NCBI GenBank assembly: GCA_965214835.1
Contig: CBDCCK010000002.1
Coordinates: forward strand, 1-64,000
Length of the DNA stretch: 64,000 nt
From: Nitrosopumilaceae archaeon
GTDB lineage: Archaea; Thermoproteota; Nitrososphaeria; Nitrososphaerales; Nitrosopumilaceae
Direction: 5' to 3'
Shown here: in pieces, positions 21,743 through 31,799 of the stretch
Numbering within the stretch: the stretch's first letter is position 1
Layout of the letters: each line of letters opens with the position of its first letter
Translations under genes and position numbers: made by a program
The notes under the pieces: model-generated
Seen by the model: the letters and a program-made list of their open reading frames with translations, nothing else
Databases searched by the model: none
Told to the model about the DNA's origin: nothing

Positions 21743-22834
21743 TTAGTTCCGCCCCTCATTAGTATCCTTCTCCATCCATTTCGGGTCGCTTTTCCTGATC
21801 GCGTCTGTGGCCTCCCGGCTCCGGAACGCCATCCTGGGAGTCTCGGCATGCTTGATGTCAAGCGACCAGTGCGTCCTGCGCTCGTTGTAGAACTCGATGA
21901 ACTCGTCTACCTTGTCAAAGTGCGTCAGCTCCTTCTCAAGCGTCCCGAACCACCTCTCCAGCTTGCCGTTGGTCTGGGGGTGGTACGGACGCGAGTTGAG
22001 CAGGGCGATGTTGCGCTCCAGCAGCTCGTCCTCGAACAGCGTGGGCGTCCAGCTGCCCCGGGGGGTGCCGCGCCTGGCCGACGTAAAACAGCTGCCGTTA
22101 TCTGAGAGTATCTGAGCCGGCGTCCCGAACTGCCTGATTGCCTTGCGCAGCACCAGGACTGCGTTCTCCGAGGTCGCGTGCTCAAAGACGCCGAATCCGG
22201 TTATGCACCGCGAGGAATCGTCAAGATATGCCACCAGATTGAGCTTTTGTAGGTGTGGATCCTTCATTTCGTGCCAGTCTGCGTGCCACATTGCGTTGGA
22301 GTACATACGCTCGTAGCGCAGCCATTTGAGCTGTCTGGGTCTGGCAGGCGAGCTGTCCGTGATTCCCTCGGCCTTCATGATCCTGTATGCGGTATAGTAG
22401 CTTATCTGCATGCCTGAGGCCCTCATGCGCAATGCCAGCCGCTCCACGCCTGACGGCATCTGGGAATATGCATCAAGGACCTCCTTGACATCCCCGGGAT
22501 CCATGCCCATGCCGGGCCTTCCTGCCCCGTTCTGCGGCAGGACCGTGCCGGAGCTACGGAACCTGGCCCATATCTTCCTGACGTACCTGTCGCTGATGCC
22601 CAGCTCCCAGATCATCTGCCTTGCAGGCAGGATCCGGTGGATTTTCTTGATCTTGATGCCGTACCTCTTTTCGTCCCCCCTCCTTTTTCCCTCGTACTCG
22701 GCATGGTATTTCGGAGGCCTCGTGTACTTCTTTGACTCCCTCTCCTCATTGCCTTTCTTGGATTCCATCTTCTTGGTTTTTGATTTCATTGTACGGGGAC
22801 GGCGATCCATAAGATTGTCGCATCCTGCGTTCAT
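21743..22834 (-). CDS. IS481-like DDE transposase
   Basis: WHAD, LDDSSR, SDNGS, HPQTNGKLER, YNERR; TGTCCAGAATTTT-type end near 22877. Confidence 0.85.
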   Translation of the reverse strand: MNAGCDNLMDRRPRTMKSKTKKMESKKGNEERESKKYTRPPKYHAEYEGKRRGDEKRYGIKIKKIHRILPARQMIWELGISDRYVRKIWARFRSSGTVLPQNGAGRPGMGMDPGDVKEVLDAYSQMPSGVERLALRMRASGMQISYYTAYRIMKAEGITDSSPARPRQLKWLRYERMYSNAMWHADWHEMKDPHLQKLNLVAYLDDSSRCITGFGVFEHATSENAVLVLRKAIRQFGTPAQILSDNGSCFTSARRGTPRGSWTPTLFEDELLERNIALLNSRPYHPQTNGKLERWFGTLEKELTHFDKVDEFIEFYNERRTHWSLDIKHAETPRMAFRSREATDAIRKSDPKWMEKDTNEGRN

Positions 22835-22929
22835 GATCTATAGGCTTATCGGGGGATTTCTGGAAAAATTCTGGACAACGCCGGTTGCGAGATCCGTGTT
22901 GTGGGATCCAAAAAGCAGTTCGCCCCGAT

Positions 22930-23199
22930 CTATAGTTTATCAAGGTTTCGATAAACAATATTCCTCTTCATAATTCGTAGGACATTGACAACAAGTTTTC
23001 TATTTGCTAGTAAAACAATTCCTCTGTAGTGCTTAACTCTGAATCTATAGTAAGGATATTTTCTCATCTTGCTTAGATGCCTATACGGATCCTGTTTCAT
23101 GCTATCTATCTTGTTTAAAATATCATTTCTTAGTGCGTCATCAACAATTTTGTCAATTTCCGCCTCTACGTTTTTGGGAATTATAACAGTCCACGACAT
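22930..23199 (-). CDS. RelE/ParE-family toxin
   Basis: YYRFRVKHYRGI, RNIVY; 89 aa, downstream of a small acidic gene. Confidence 0.85.
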   Translation of the reverse strand: MSWTVIIPKNVEAEIDKIVDDALRNDILNKIDSMKQDPYRHLSKMRKYPYYRFRVKHYRGIVLLANRKLVVNVLRIMKRNIVYRNLDKL

Positions 23200-23209
23200 G
23201 ATAGAGAGA

Positions 23210-23452
23210 TTATTTCCTAGCGTATTTTTGTCTAAGTTGTTCTAGCGTCTTGTATTTGCCCTCTTTAATCTGTTCTAATGATTTTTCAATCTGCGCTACA
23301 TCATCGTCAGTTAGGAGATCATCTTGTTCGTCTGTGTAAGCACTAATCATCCTCTTGATCACTTCCTCAAAGGATTCGTTTGGAAAGTTTTTCAATTCGA
23401 CGAGTGCCTCCTTAGTTTTTTTAGAAAGCGACACGCTTGATTGTTGTGACAT
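23210..23452 (-). CDS. Antitoxin (RHH-like)
   Basis: SVSLSKKTKEAL..ESFEEVIKR, acidic C-terminus; paired with RelE. Confidence 0.8.
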   Translation of the reverse strand: MSQQSSVSLSKKTKEALVELKNFPNESFEEVIKRMISAYTDEQDDLLTDDDVAQIEKSLEQIKEGKYKTLEQLRQKYARK

Positions 23453-23597
23453 TATGACGTGCTATAGAATGCTATAATATTTAATAGTTATAGCAACGGT
23501 CACAAGTAATCGAGGGCCTTGACCGGCGATCTGTAAATGTACTTGTTTACATATACATAACACACTATTAATTAATTATGTTGACGCCTAGACATGC

Positions 23598-25322
23598 ATG
23601 GTTGGAGGCATAAAATCGTATTACCGGGTGGTCGTCCCGTTCCAGGATGTCCGCGACAGGCACGATCATTCCGAACGTCTTAACAGGATGCTCTCAAAGT
23701 TTGACACGGTAGGAATTGAGATCCGGCCTGTTGAATACCGCGATAAATACCGCGACGAGCTTGGCGGCGGCATCAGGGATCAGTCGTGGGGAAGCGTTGT
23801 AAACGACATGTTTAGGATCGCCGTCCGCGACGGAGTGCTGGAGAAATCCAGGACGGAGGGCACCATACCCGAGTGGTTTGGCAAGCTTGAGACCGTAAGA
23901 TACTGGACATCCCAGCTGCGCATCTCAAGGATGAAAAATAGCAAACATGCCTGTTCCCGCCGATCAACGTCGGCGTTATATGTCACCCTCCTGTGGAGGC
24001 TCAACAGGTGGCTGTCCGGCCGGAGCTTCACCGTCAGCAGGCGCGTTCCTGCGGGGGCCGACACGTACCGGATGTCGCGCGAGCAGGTAAGGTTTGATAC
24101 TGTCGAGGATCTGCTGGATCTGGCCCGCGACTGCGCGCCTGCGCCGTCTCCGGACGTGAGCCGGATAATCAAAGAGTACCTGGTTGATCCCATTCACTCC
24201 GGGATATCGCCTAACAGCGTCATCATCATGCGCAGCGCCATCCTGTCGTATTTTGCATCAAACGATCTGCCGGTAACCGTACGCTTCAAGGCCGGCATGG
24301 TGTATGCCGCGTCCGAGGAAGAGTCCGCGACGCTTTCACTTGACGAGTTCGCCTCCATGCTCGTCGAGGGTCACGCCTCTGTTACCGAGAAGGCCGTGCT
24401 TTTGTGCAAGCTCCATCGGGGCCTGGACACGGCGACCATGGCAGACCGCTTCAACTTTGAGGCGCTGGATCAGATGCGCGCCCACTTCAGGTCAGAGGAC
24501 CACCGCCTGTGGGATCTCAACATGTGTCCCGTGCCAATCACGCTGACGCGCATCAAGACCGGATACAGGCATGCCGGGTTTCTGGAGCGCGATGCCGTGC
24601 AGGCCGTATGCAAATATCTTGACTATGCCGCAAAGCACGACATTCCGGTGGACGGCGGGATGTTCAAGAACCAGGACCGCCGCCCGATCAGCGCCGACTG
24701 GATACGCATCCACTTTCGAAAGCTTGCCCTCCGGTGCGGCATAAAATGCGTCTCCCGCGACGGCCGGCGCCTCAGCCGCGGCGTCACCTCGCACGAGCTG
24801 CGCGACCTGCTAAAGTCGACCCTGATAGACTGCGGCTGTCGCATCGACGTTGCAGACCACGTGATAGGACACATGCCAAAGGACTCGTACGAAAAGCAGT
24901 CCATCCTGTATCCGGATACGATGCGGCGCGAGTACGCCAAGGCCGCCGGCAGGCTCAACATATTCACAAAGATGTCAAACGTCCTTGCAGGCAGGGACGA
25001 TCCCGGCCTGATGCTTACGAGGCTGGCAGAAAAGGAGCGCCAGCTGGAACGGATGCTGGAGGACAGCACCGCCGAGTTTGCCGCAGGCCAGCGTAAAAGC
25101 ATGGACAAGGATGCCCGCCTCTCCCAGCTTGATGACATGATGAGGCGCATCAGTGCGCTGGAGGGGGGCCTCAGGCCCGGAGCACAGCCGCCTGCAGGCG
25201 GAGGCGCGGGAAGGGGGGCCGCGCTGGAATTCTCATGTACCGGCTGCGGCCTGATACACTCCGAGCAGTCGTGCCCGAGCTGTGGCTCCAAGGTCCGCAG
25301 AATCTACGAGTCCCCTACGTAG
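23598..25322 (+). CDS. Tyrosine recombinase/integrase with C-terminal coiled coil and Zn ribbon
   Basis: RIKT, SHELR, IGH...SY catalytic-like residues; CTGC..CPSC tail. Confidence 0.85.
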   Translation: MVGGIKSYYRVVVPFQDVRDRHDHSERLNRMLSKFDTVGIEIRPVEYRDKYRDELGGGIRDQSWGSVVNDMFRIAVRDGVLEKSRTEGTIPEWFGKLETVRYWTSQLRISRMKNSKHACSRRSTSALYVTLLWRLNRWLSGRSFTVSRRVPAGADTYRMSREQVRFDTVEDLLDLARDCAPAPSPDVSRIIKEYLVDPIHSGISPNSVIIMRSAILSYFASNDLPVTVRFKAGMVYAASEEESATLSLDEFASMLVEGHASVTEKAVLLCKLHRGLDTATMADRFNFEALDQMRAHFRSEDHRLWDLNMCPVPITLTRIKTGYRHAGFLERDAVQAVCKYLDYAAKHDIPVDGGMFKNQDRRPISADWIRIHFRKLALRCGIKCVSRDGRRLSRGVTSHELRDLLKSTLIDCGCRIDVADHVIGHMPKDSYEKQSILYPDTMRREYAKAAGRLNIFTKMSNVLAGRDDPGLMLTRLAEKERQLERMLEDSTAEFAAGQRKSMDKDARLSQLDDMMRRISALEGGLRPGAQPPAGGGAGRGAALEFSCTGCGLIHSEQSCPSCGSKVRRIYESPT

Positions 25323-25374
25323 CAGTCCCCCCGGATGTGCCGTTTGGCGGCCGGTGCCGGCATCTCCTCCTTCT

Positions 25375-26163
25375 GGAGGACAGACTCCCTTTCCTCCTCG
25401 CCAGTCACCGTCTTTACGCGGGGCGTCCTGCGGATGCACTCGTGCTGTCATGACAGACATGCCAGACGATCCCCCTTAAGACCTTGATCGGCAGCAGGAG
25501 ACGGGCTTGCGAGTGCTGAAATGGCAGCCCGCAACATCCATGATGAGGTGCGTCACGCGTGGCCCCGGATGAGGCCGGACGCCCGCAACTCCGCAAGCCT
25601 TCTGAGCTCCATGACCCGGTAGTAGCCATCAAAAAAATCGGCGACCGTCACCTTTTCGTGCAAAAAGACGGACACTGAAAAGCCCAAAAGCCGCTTCTCC
25701 TCCTCCGTTATTACCACGTGCCTGACATCCAGACCGGAGAGGAGGCGCTCCAGCTCGTACACGATTCCGTCCCTGGCAAACGCGTCCATCTGAAAGAACT
25801 CTTCGGCAATCCCGTCACCGAGCTGGTGCATGGCCTGCAGCTCAACCAGATCGTACTTGCCGAGAATCATTATCTTGTCAACCGTCTCGACAATCCAGAA
25901 GCCATGCCTGATGCGGACCCGGGAATTGTCAAGCACGGTTATCCTGTTCTCTTTTGCAAGCAGTGCATACCTGCAGGACTGCGGGAAGTCCTGCGCCACT
26001 CCGTGCGGAATGCCCGAATCATGCAGAATCCTACGGACATCAGCTTGCTCCAACAGGAAGCAGAGCGCATGATGCTATAAAAGCATGCACGGGCAGCGGA
26101 CGTGACGGGACTGCCCGCCCCCGGGCAGCGGCCTGGCACGGACGGCAGGCGGCAGTGATTTTC
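25375..26163 (-). repeat. Long diverged inverted repeat, copy 2
   Basis: See 20165-20957. Confidence 0.85.
25553..26053 (-). CDS. Hypothetical protein, paralog of 20275-20775
   Basis: Near-identical translation. Confidence 0.7.
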   Translation of the reverse strand: MEQADVRRILHDSGIPHGVAQDFPQSCRYALLAKENRITVLDNSRVRIRHGFWIVETVDKIMILGKYDLVELQAMHQLGDGIAEEFFQMDAFARDGIVYELERLLSGLDVRHVVITEEEKRLLGFSVSVFLHEKVTVADFFDGYYRVMELRRLAELRASGLIRGHA

Positions 26164-26559
26164 TTCCCGGCCTGCAGGCTGCCACGGAACCTCCACTGGC
26201 CGATACACCGCGGGGCTCCCGCGCGCCTTCCAGCGGTCCGTGTCTAGAGGGACACCGATGGGTACTGGCCGGTGAACTAAATGCCGGCCTCGATGTCGTG
26301 GTGGACACGTGACTCGTGCAACCATGCCATCGACGTGCCAGTCACCATAGCACTGAGTCGTAATCTGCCGAATCTGGAGAAAGGGTTGCGGGTGTTTTAT
26401 GCGCATCACACATAATCGGCAGTCGTCAAACCATTGATGCCTGCGGGTTTGGCTCTGCTGGCCTAATCGTGGTAATGGGTTGGTAGTGGCCTAGAATTGT
26501 TTGCAACAACATTCCATAGAAGGGTTTCTCCTTTGTTGCCACTACCATGAATATGTGTG

Positions 26560-26660
26560 TCATGCTCCTTTTTAATTGATTTCAATTAAGTTCTTAATTT
26601 ACTCTGATGTACACAGATTTGCAACTTCGATATCCTTAAATCCTCCATCTTCCTAGGTAA
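26560..26660 (+). promoter_or_regulatory. AT-rich putative promoter of the element operon
   Basis: AT-rich island with dyad TTAATTGA-T-TTCAATTAA and TATA-like CCTTAAAT upstream of the first gene. Confidence 0.4.
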
Positions 26661-26662
26661 AT

Positions 26663-26983
26663 TTGCAACAACATGTCAGTCATAGAAGGGGTGAGACACT
26701 GATAGATGGTAGAAATTCCAAGTCATCACTGAGTGCAGCTGTCAGCCCGCAGACTGCCAAGCTGATAGACCGGATAATCTCAAAGTCCGAGATCTTCTCG
26801 GATCTGACAAAGCTCGGATACCCGACTGCCAGGGCCAACGTCCTACGCGCGGCCCTGATCACATTCCTTGACAACCTGGATGCAGTCGAAAAGAACCCCG
26901 AGCTTCTGCTGCGCGCATCGACTGACTATGCGATGCACCAGTCACTGGCACGGATTTTCAAAGAGGAGGAAAAGTCACGATGA
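26663..26983 (+). CDS. Small hypothetical, possible RHH-like regulator
   Basis: First gene of operon; ATGA overlap with RNR. Confidence 0.55.
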   Translation: MQQHVSHRRGETLIDGRNSKSSLSAAVSPQTAKLIDRIISKSEIFSDLTKLGYPTARANVLRAALITFLDNLDAVEKNPELLLRASTDYAMHQSLARIFKEEEKSR

Positions 26984-29577
26984 CCGGCGCCACCATCACA
27001 AAGCGCGACGGTACGTCGGTGCCGTTTGCGCCAGACAAGATAGAGGCCGCCATGCGCAACGCCTTTGTGCAGTGCGCAAGGGATCTCCCGCCGGAGCTTG
27101 TCCGCACCGTCGTCTCCAGAACCGCCGGCATCGACGGGCAACTGACCGTCGAGGACGTGCAGGATACCGTAGAGTCTGCGCTCATCGACGGCGGATACCA
27201 CGAGGTCGCAAAGGCCTACATACTCTACCGGCACGAGCACCGCCGCCTCCGCGATGAAAAGTGCCGCATACTGCAGACATCCAAACTTGATCCCGTCTCA
27301 AAGAAGTTCGACACCAACTCGCTCCGCGTGCTTGCATCGCGCTATCTGGTACGGCACGACAACCGCATAGCAGAGTCGCCGCAGCAGCTCTTCGAGCGCG
27401 TCGCAACGCTGGTGGGAATGTGCGAGCTGCTCTATGATCCTGGCGTGTATGATGTGGCAGCCGGCCACTCACAGGATGCTACTGCCGCACTCGCATACCT
27501 TGAAAAGACGGAGGCCTTTGACGGCAAGCTGGCAGTCGGCGGCCGGTACCGCCTCAACAGGCATCACTTCCGGGGGCTGGCATCCCTGTATGCCGAGCTT
27601 GCAGGACATATGCGCTCCGGCTTCCGGGACGTCCTTGCGGGCATCGCATCAGGCGCCATCGGACGCGAGGCCGCCACCGCCATATCCAATTATATCGGGC
27701 TGATGAGCTCGCGCGACTTTCTTCCAAACTCGCCCACCCTGATGAACGCAGGATGCAGCCTGGGGCAGCTGTCTGCCTGCTTTGTGCTGGAGATGCCTGA
27801 CCGCATGGAAAAAATAATGAAATCGACGTCCGATGCGGCCATGATATTCAAGTCCGGCGGGGGGGTTGGAATCAACTATTCTGATCTGAGGGAGGAGGGC
27901 GACATCGTGGCCTCCACATCTGGCGTGGCCTCGGGCCCCATGTCGTTCATGGAGATAATCAACACCATAACCGACGTCATAAAGCAGGGCGGCAGGCGGC
28001 GCGGTGCGAACATGGGCATCCTGGACATGTCGCATCCGGATGTAGAGGGGTTCATCGAGCGCAAACTCAGGCCCGGAATCCTTGAGAACTTTAACCTCAG
28101 CGTCGGCATTGATGCCGACTACTGGGAGGCACTATACTCTGACGGCCACTATGACCTCGTATCGCCGCGCACCGGGCAGGCAGCAAGGCGCGTCTATGCC
28201 AGGCACCTCCTCGAGCTTGTGGCGCAGTCGGCGTGGAATAGCGCCGAGCCCGGCGTCATCTTCTGGGACAACGTAAACAAATACAACGTGCTACGCCCGG
28301 CCCGCGGCGCCGATATCAGGGCGACCAACCCGTGCGGCGAGCAGAGCCTGTACCCGCACGAGTCGTGCAACCTCGGATCCATAAACCTGGCAAACTTTGT
28401 CACCGGCGATCCCCCCGCCTTTGACTGGGAGCGATTCGAGTCCGTCACGAGATCATGCACCAGGTTCCTTGACAATGTGATTGACGCAAACCGCTATCCT
28501 ACCACGGAGATATCGCGCGCCTCGCGCGAGACCCGCCGCATAGGGCTCGGCGTCATGGGCGTGGCCGACCTCCTGTACGCGCTCGGCATCCCGTACAACT
28601 CCGAGGAGGGATACGCGCTGCAGTCGCGGATCTCAGAGACGCTGACATATGTTTCGATGGATGAGAGCGTCAAGCTTGCAGAGTCGCGCGGCGCCTTTCC
28701 GCTGTATCCAAAGACAGAGTATCCGGACGGCCGGATTCCCGTCGCAGGATACCACGAGTCCGCAGAGTCTCACTGGGACTGGGACGCGCTCGTATCCCGC
28801 ATACGGGAGCACGGCATCCGGAACGTGATGACCACCACCGTGGCGCCGACTGGCACCCTTGCAATGATTGCCGACTGCACCAACGGGATGGAGCCGGCAT
28901 TCGCGCTGGTCTTTGAAAAGCGGGTATCGGTCGGCCGGTTCTTTTACACCAACAGGATCTTCGAGCAGGCTCTGCGCGACCGCAACCTGTACAACGAGGA
29001 ACTGCTTGCGCGCATCGCCGAGCGCGGCGGCTCCATACAGGGGATGCACGAGATCCCAGAGTCCCTGCGCCGCGTCTTTGTGACTGCCATGGACATCCAC
29101 TGGGCAGACCACTTGATGGCGCAGTCAGTCTGGCAGCGGTGGACGTGCAACGCGATAGCCAAGACCATAAACATACCGCACGAGGCAACTGTCCAGGACG
29201 TAAAGAGCGCGTACGTGCTGGCGCACCATCTGGGCCTCAAGGGGGTCACCGTATACCGCGACGGCTCGCGCAACGAGCAGGTCATGTATGCCGACGCGCA
29301 GGAGCGGCCCGCCCCAGAGATGAGCTGTTATGTACGCAATGTGATGGACGGTCTTCCCGACGATGTCAAAAGGCACATGGATTCCCCCGGCGGCCGGACT
29401 CCGGCACAGACGGCAGGCTGTGATGCGGCATCACCGCCGGCGGCGGCGGCCACGGATGCCAGACAAAAAAAGACCGCCGCCGATGACGGCACGTGTCCTG
29501 CATGCGGGTCCGATACGATATTCTCAGAGGGCTGCCATCTCTGCCTTGACTGCGGGTACAGCGGGTGTGCATCATGA
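26980..29577 (+). CDS. nrdJ: Class II (B12-dependent) ribonucleotide reductase with ATP cone
   Basis: ITKRDG ATP cone, PNSPTLMNAG, LSACF, TNPCGEQ, CNLGS, APTGT, TVYRDGS, C-terminal CxxC/CxxC. Confidence 0.93.
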   Translation: MTGATITKRDGTSVPFAPDKIEAAMRNAFVQCARDLPPELVRTVVSRTAGIDGQLTVEDVQDTVESALIDGGYHEVAKAYILYRHEHRRLRDEKCRILQTSKLDPVSKKFDTNSLRVLASRYLVRHDNRIAESPQQLFERVATLVGMCELLYDPGVYDVAAGHSQDATAALAYLEKTEAFDGKLAVGGRYRLNRHHFRGLASLYAELAGHMRSGFRDVLAGIASGAIGREAATAISNYIGLMSSRDFLPNSPTLMNAGCSLGQLSACFVLEMPDRMEKIMKSTSDAAMIFKSGGGVGINYSDLREEGDIVASTSGVASGPMSFMEIINTITDVIKQGGRRRGANMGILDMSHPDVEGFIERKLRPGILENFNLSVGIDADYWEALYSDGHYDLVSPRTGQAARRVYARHLLELVAQSAWNSAEPGVIFWDNVNKYNVLRPARGADIRATNPCGEQSLYPHESCNLGSINLANFVTGDPPAFDWERFESVTRSCTRFLDNVIDANRYPTTEISRASRETRRIGLGVMGVADLLYALGIPYNSEEGYALQSRISETLTYVSMDESVKLAESRGAFPLYPKTEYPDGRIPVAGYHESAESHWDWDALVSRIREHGIRNVMTTTVAPTGTLAMIADCTNGMEPAFALVFEKRVSVGRFFYTNRIFEQALRDRNLYNEELLARIAERGGSIQGMHEIPESLRRVFVTAMDIHWADHLMAQSVWQRWTCNAIAKTINIPHEATVQDVKSAYVLAHHLGLKGVTVYRDGSRNEQVMYADAQERPAPEMSCYVRNVMDGLPDDVKRHMDSPGGRTPAQTAGCDAASPPAAAATDARQKKTAADDGTCPACGSDTIFSEGCHLCLDCGYSGCAS

Positions 29578-30083
29578 TAGGCTGGGTGATGCACGATTAT
29601 GGGGACCGGCGGATGCCTCACTATCATGCCGGCGGCGCCCGGAGCATATGCGGGAAGGCCGACATCTTTGCAGCAGTACCCGGAACCCTGCAGGCGATAG
29701 GCGCGCCGGTAAAGCGTGCGCGCTGTCCTGCGTGCAACGACGGGTACAAGTCTGCGCGCACTGCCCGCGTGCTGCAAAAAGTCACGGATTCCAGGCGGCG
29801 CATACTTGAGACATACCGCTCCCGGCCAAGGGACTTGGTATGGCAGGCGATCTGGTACCGCGAGTCCGTCGGACTGGACGAGCTTGCGGCGCTGTTCTCC
29901 TCCTCGTTTCCGGAGGTTGACTTTGAGGACGCGCTGGGAACGCTCATAGTGAACATGCGCGTCTCCCTGTCGCCTGGAGCCACGGCGACGGAGGCGGCCA
30001 CGCTTGCATGCGTCATGGAAAAAGAGGCCGGCGGCCGGATGCCTGGCGGCCCCTCGACAACGGAGGTCCTGCATGCATCCTGA
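29574..30083 (+). CDS. Hypothetical Zn-finger protein
   Basis: H..SICG...RCPAC; ATGA overlap with nrdJ. Confidence 0.55.
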   Translation: MIGWVMHDYGDRRMPHYHAGGARSICGKADIFAAVPGTLQAIGAPVKRARCPACNDGYKSARTARVLQKVTDSRRRILETYRSRPRDLVWQAIWYRESVGLDELAALFSSSFPEVDFEDALGTLIVNMRVSLSPGATATEAATLACVMEKEAGGRMPGGPSTTEVLHAS

Positions 30084-30984
30084 CTGCCGGACTGCCGGGC
30101 AGGGGCACATGCGGCATCACGAGTGTCCGCGATGCCGGGGCAGGCTTGTCACCGATCCGTCAAGCGCCGAGACGGTGTGCGCATCATGCGGCATGGTCAC
30201 CGGGTGCTCGTATGACGTGCCTGCCATCCCCGACAGCGGGGGTGGCAGCGGCCACGAGATCGCCTTCCTCCACGCCGACTCCTCTGTCGGCTGTGCCCCG
30301 GTCAACATCCCGCGCCTGAGAAAGGTCGACAGCATAACGCGCAGGCGCGACGGCAGGGCCGCAATGCAGCACGTCCTCGCAGGCATGACCGACAGGGCCT
30401 GCCTGCCCCCGTTTGTTGTCTGGGATGCCACCGCCCTTGTGGACAGCGCAAAGCTGCACGGGATCGTCAAGAGATACGGCATGAAATATGTGGCCGCATC
30501 CTGCATGTATCTGGCCAGCAGGACAAGCGGCAGGGTCATCATGCCGGCCGAGATTGCCAGGCGCGAGAACCTCAGGATGAAGAGGATCAACACGACAACG
30601 CGGGCAATCATCGCGGAATGCTGCATCCCTCCCGTCTCTGCTCGTGATGTCGTCGAATCGATCATGCTGCGCGCCTGCAACACCCTGGGGCTCAAGAGCC
30701 GGTACGTGCTCGCACATGCGCGCTCCAACCTTGGCATACTGGAGGACAGCAACGAGCTGTCCGGCAAGCGCCCGTCCGTCCTGGCAGGTCTGCTCATCTG
30801 GCTTGCAAGCCGTGGCGGCGGCAATATCAGCAGCAGCAACGGCGGCGGCGGCAGCAGCAGCAGGCGCACGACCCTCCGCGACATCTCAAGGGCCACGGGA
30901 GCCACCGACGGCGGCATACGCAGCATGGGTGCCGAGCTCAAGCGACGGCACATAGAATGCCGCTGCGAGGAGGGACTGCCTTGA
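30073..30984 (+). CDS. Divergent TFB/TFIIB-like protein 1
   Basis: CPRC..VTD..ETVCASCGMV Zn ribbon; cyclin-fold motifs AASCMYLASR, SGKRPSVLAG, TLRDISRATG. Confidence 0.8.
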   Translation: MHPDCRTAGQGHMRHHECPRCRGRLVTDPSSAETVCASCGMVTGCSYDVPAIPDSGGGSGHEIAFLHADSSVGCAPVNIPRLRKVDSITRRRDGRAAMQHVLAGMTDRACLPPFVVWDATALVDSAKLHGIVKRYGMKYVAASCMYLASRTSGRVIMPAEIARRENLRMKRINTTTRAIIAECCIPPVSARDVVESIMLRACNTLGLKSRYVLAHARSNLGILEDSNELSGKRPSVLAGLLIWLASRGGGNISSSNGGGGSSSRRTTLRDISRATGATDGGIRSMGAELKRRHIECRCEEGLP

Positions 30985-31799
30985 GCGCCTGTCAGGCCGG
31001 CATCGCCGCCGTCGGCAGCAGTAGCAGCAACAGCAGTGCAGGCCCCGGGTCCTGCTGCGCGTCGTGCGGCAGTACACCAATAACTGACACCGTGCGGTGC
31101 GAGGCAGTCTGCGTGTATTGCGGCATGATACGGGAGACCTGCCGCATTCCTGCCGTCGGCGACAGCCGGGCGCGCGAGCGACGGATGATGCGGCTGGCGG
31201 CCGCGCTGGACTGCCAGCTTGACTGCCACGGCCTGGCAGAGCCGGTCCGCCATGACGCCTTTGTCCTGGCCCGGAGGATCGTCGCAGACGATCGCGGCCT
31301 CCGGCACGGCTACAGTGCGGACACCATTGCCATGGCATGCACTCACATATCGTGCAGGCAGCACGGCATACGGCTCGGCTTCCATGCCATGACGCGCGGC
31401 CGGCCCGTCAGTACCGGAACCGTCAGACGCGCGGCAGACGCGGTTTCTGAGAAATACGGCATATCATACATGTCCGATCTAGAGAGGGTTCACTCTGAAG
31501 CAGTCCGCCTTGCGATCCGCCTGGGGGTCTGCAAGGCAGATGTGCTTGATGCCGTGCGGCACAACATACACATAATGGCCCAGCGCGGTCTGCTGGCAGG
31601 ATGCAATCCCCGCGTGGCCGCCGCCCTGCTGGTACTGCTGGCAGGAGGAGCCAGTGGTGATGGCCGCCTGCGACAGCACGCCGTCAGGTCAGACGTTGCC
31701 GCAAGGAATGCCGGCGTTTCGGCAGGCGCAATAACTGCGCTGCGCCGCAAGTGTGCCGGTGCCGGACTGTATGATGCCAGGAGGGGGTGCCTCACATGA
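30981..31799 (+). CDS. Divergent TFB/TFIIB-like protein 2
   Basis: CASC..ITD..EAVCVYCGMI; GYSADTIAMAC, AGCNPRVAAA, VAARNAGVS. Confidence 0.75.
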   Translation: MSACQAGIAAVGSSSSNSSAGPGSCCASCGSTPITDTVRCEAVCVYCGMIRETCRIPAVGDSRARERRMMRLAAALDCQLDCHGLAEPVRHDAFVLARRIVADDRGLRHGYSADTIAMACTHISCRQHGIRLGFHAMTRGRPVSTGTVRRAADAVSEKYGISYMSDLERVHSEAVRLAIRLGVCKADVLDAVRHNIHIMAQRGLLAGCNPRVAAALLVLLAGGASGDGRLRQHAVRSDVAARNAGVSAGAITALRRKCAGAGLYDARRGCLT

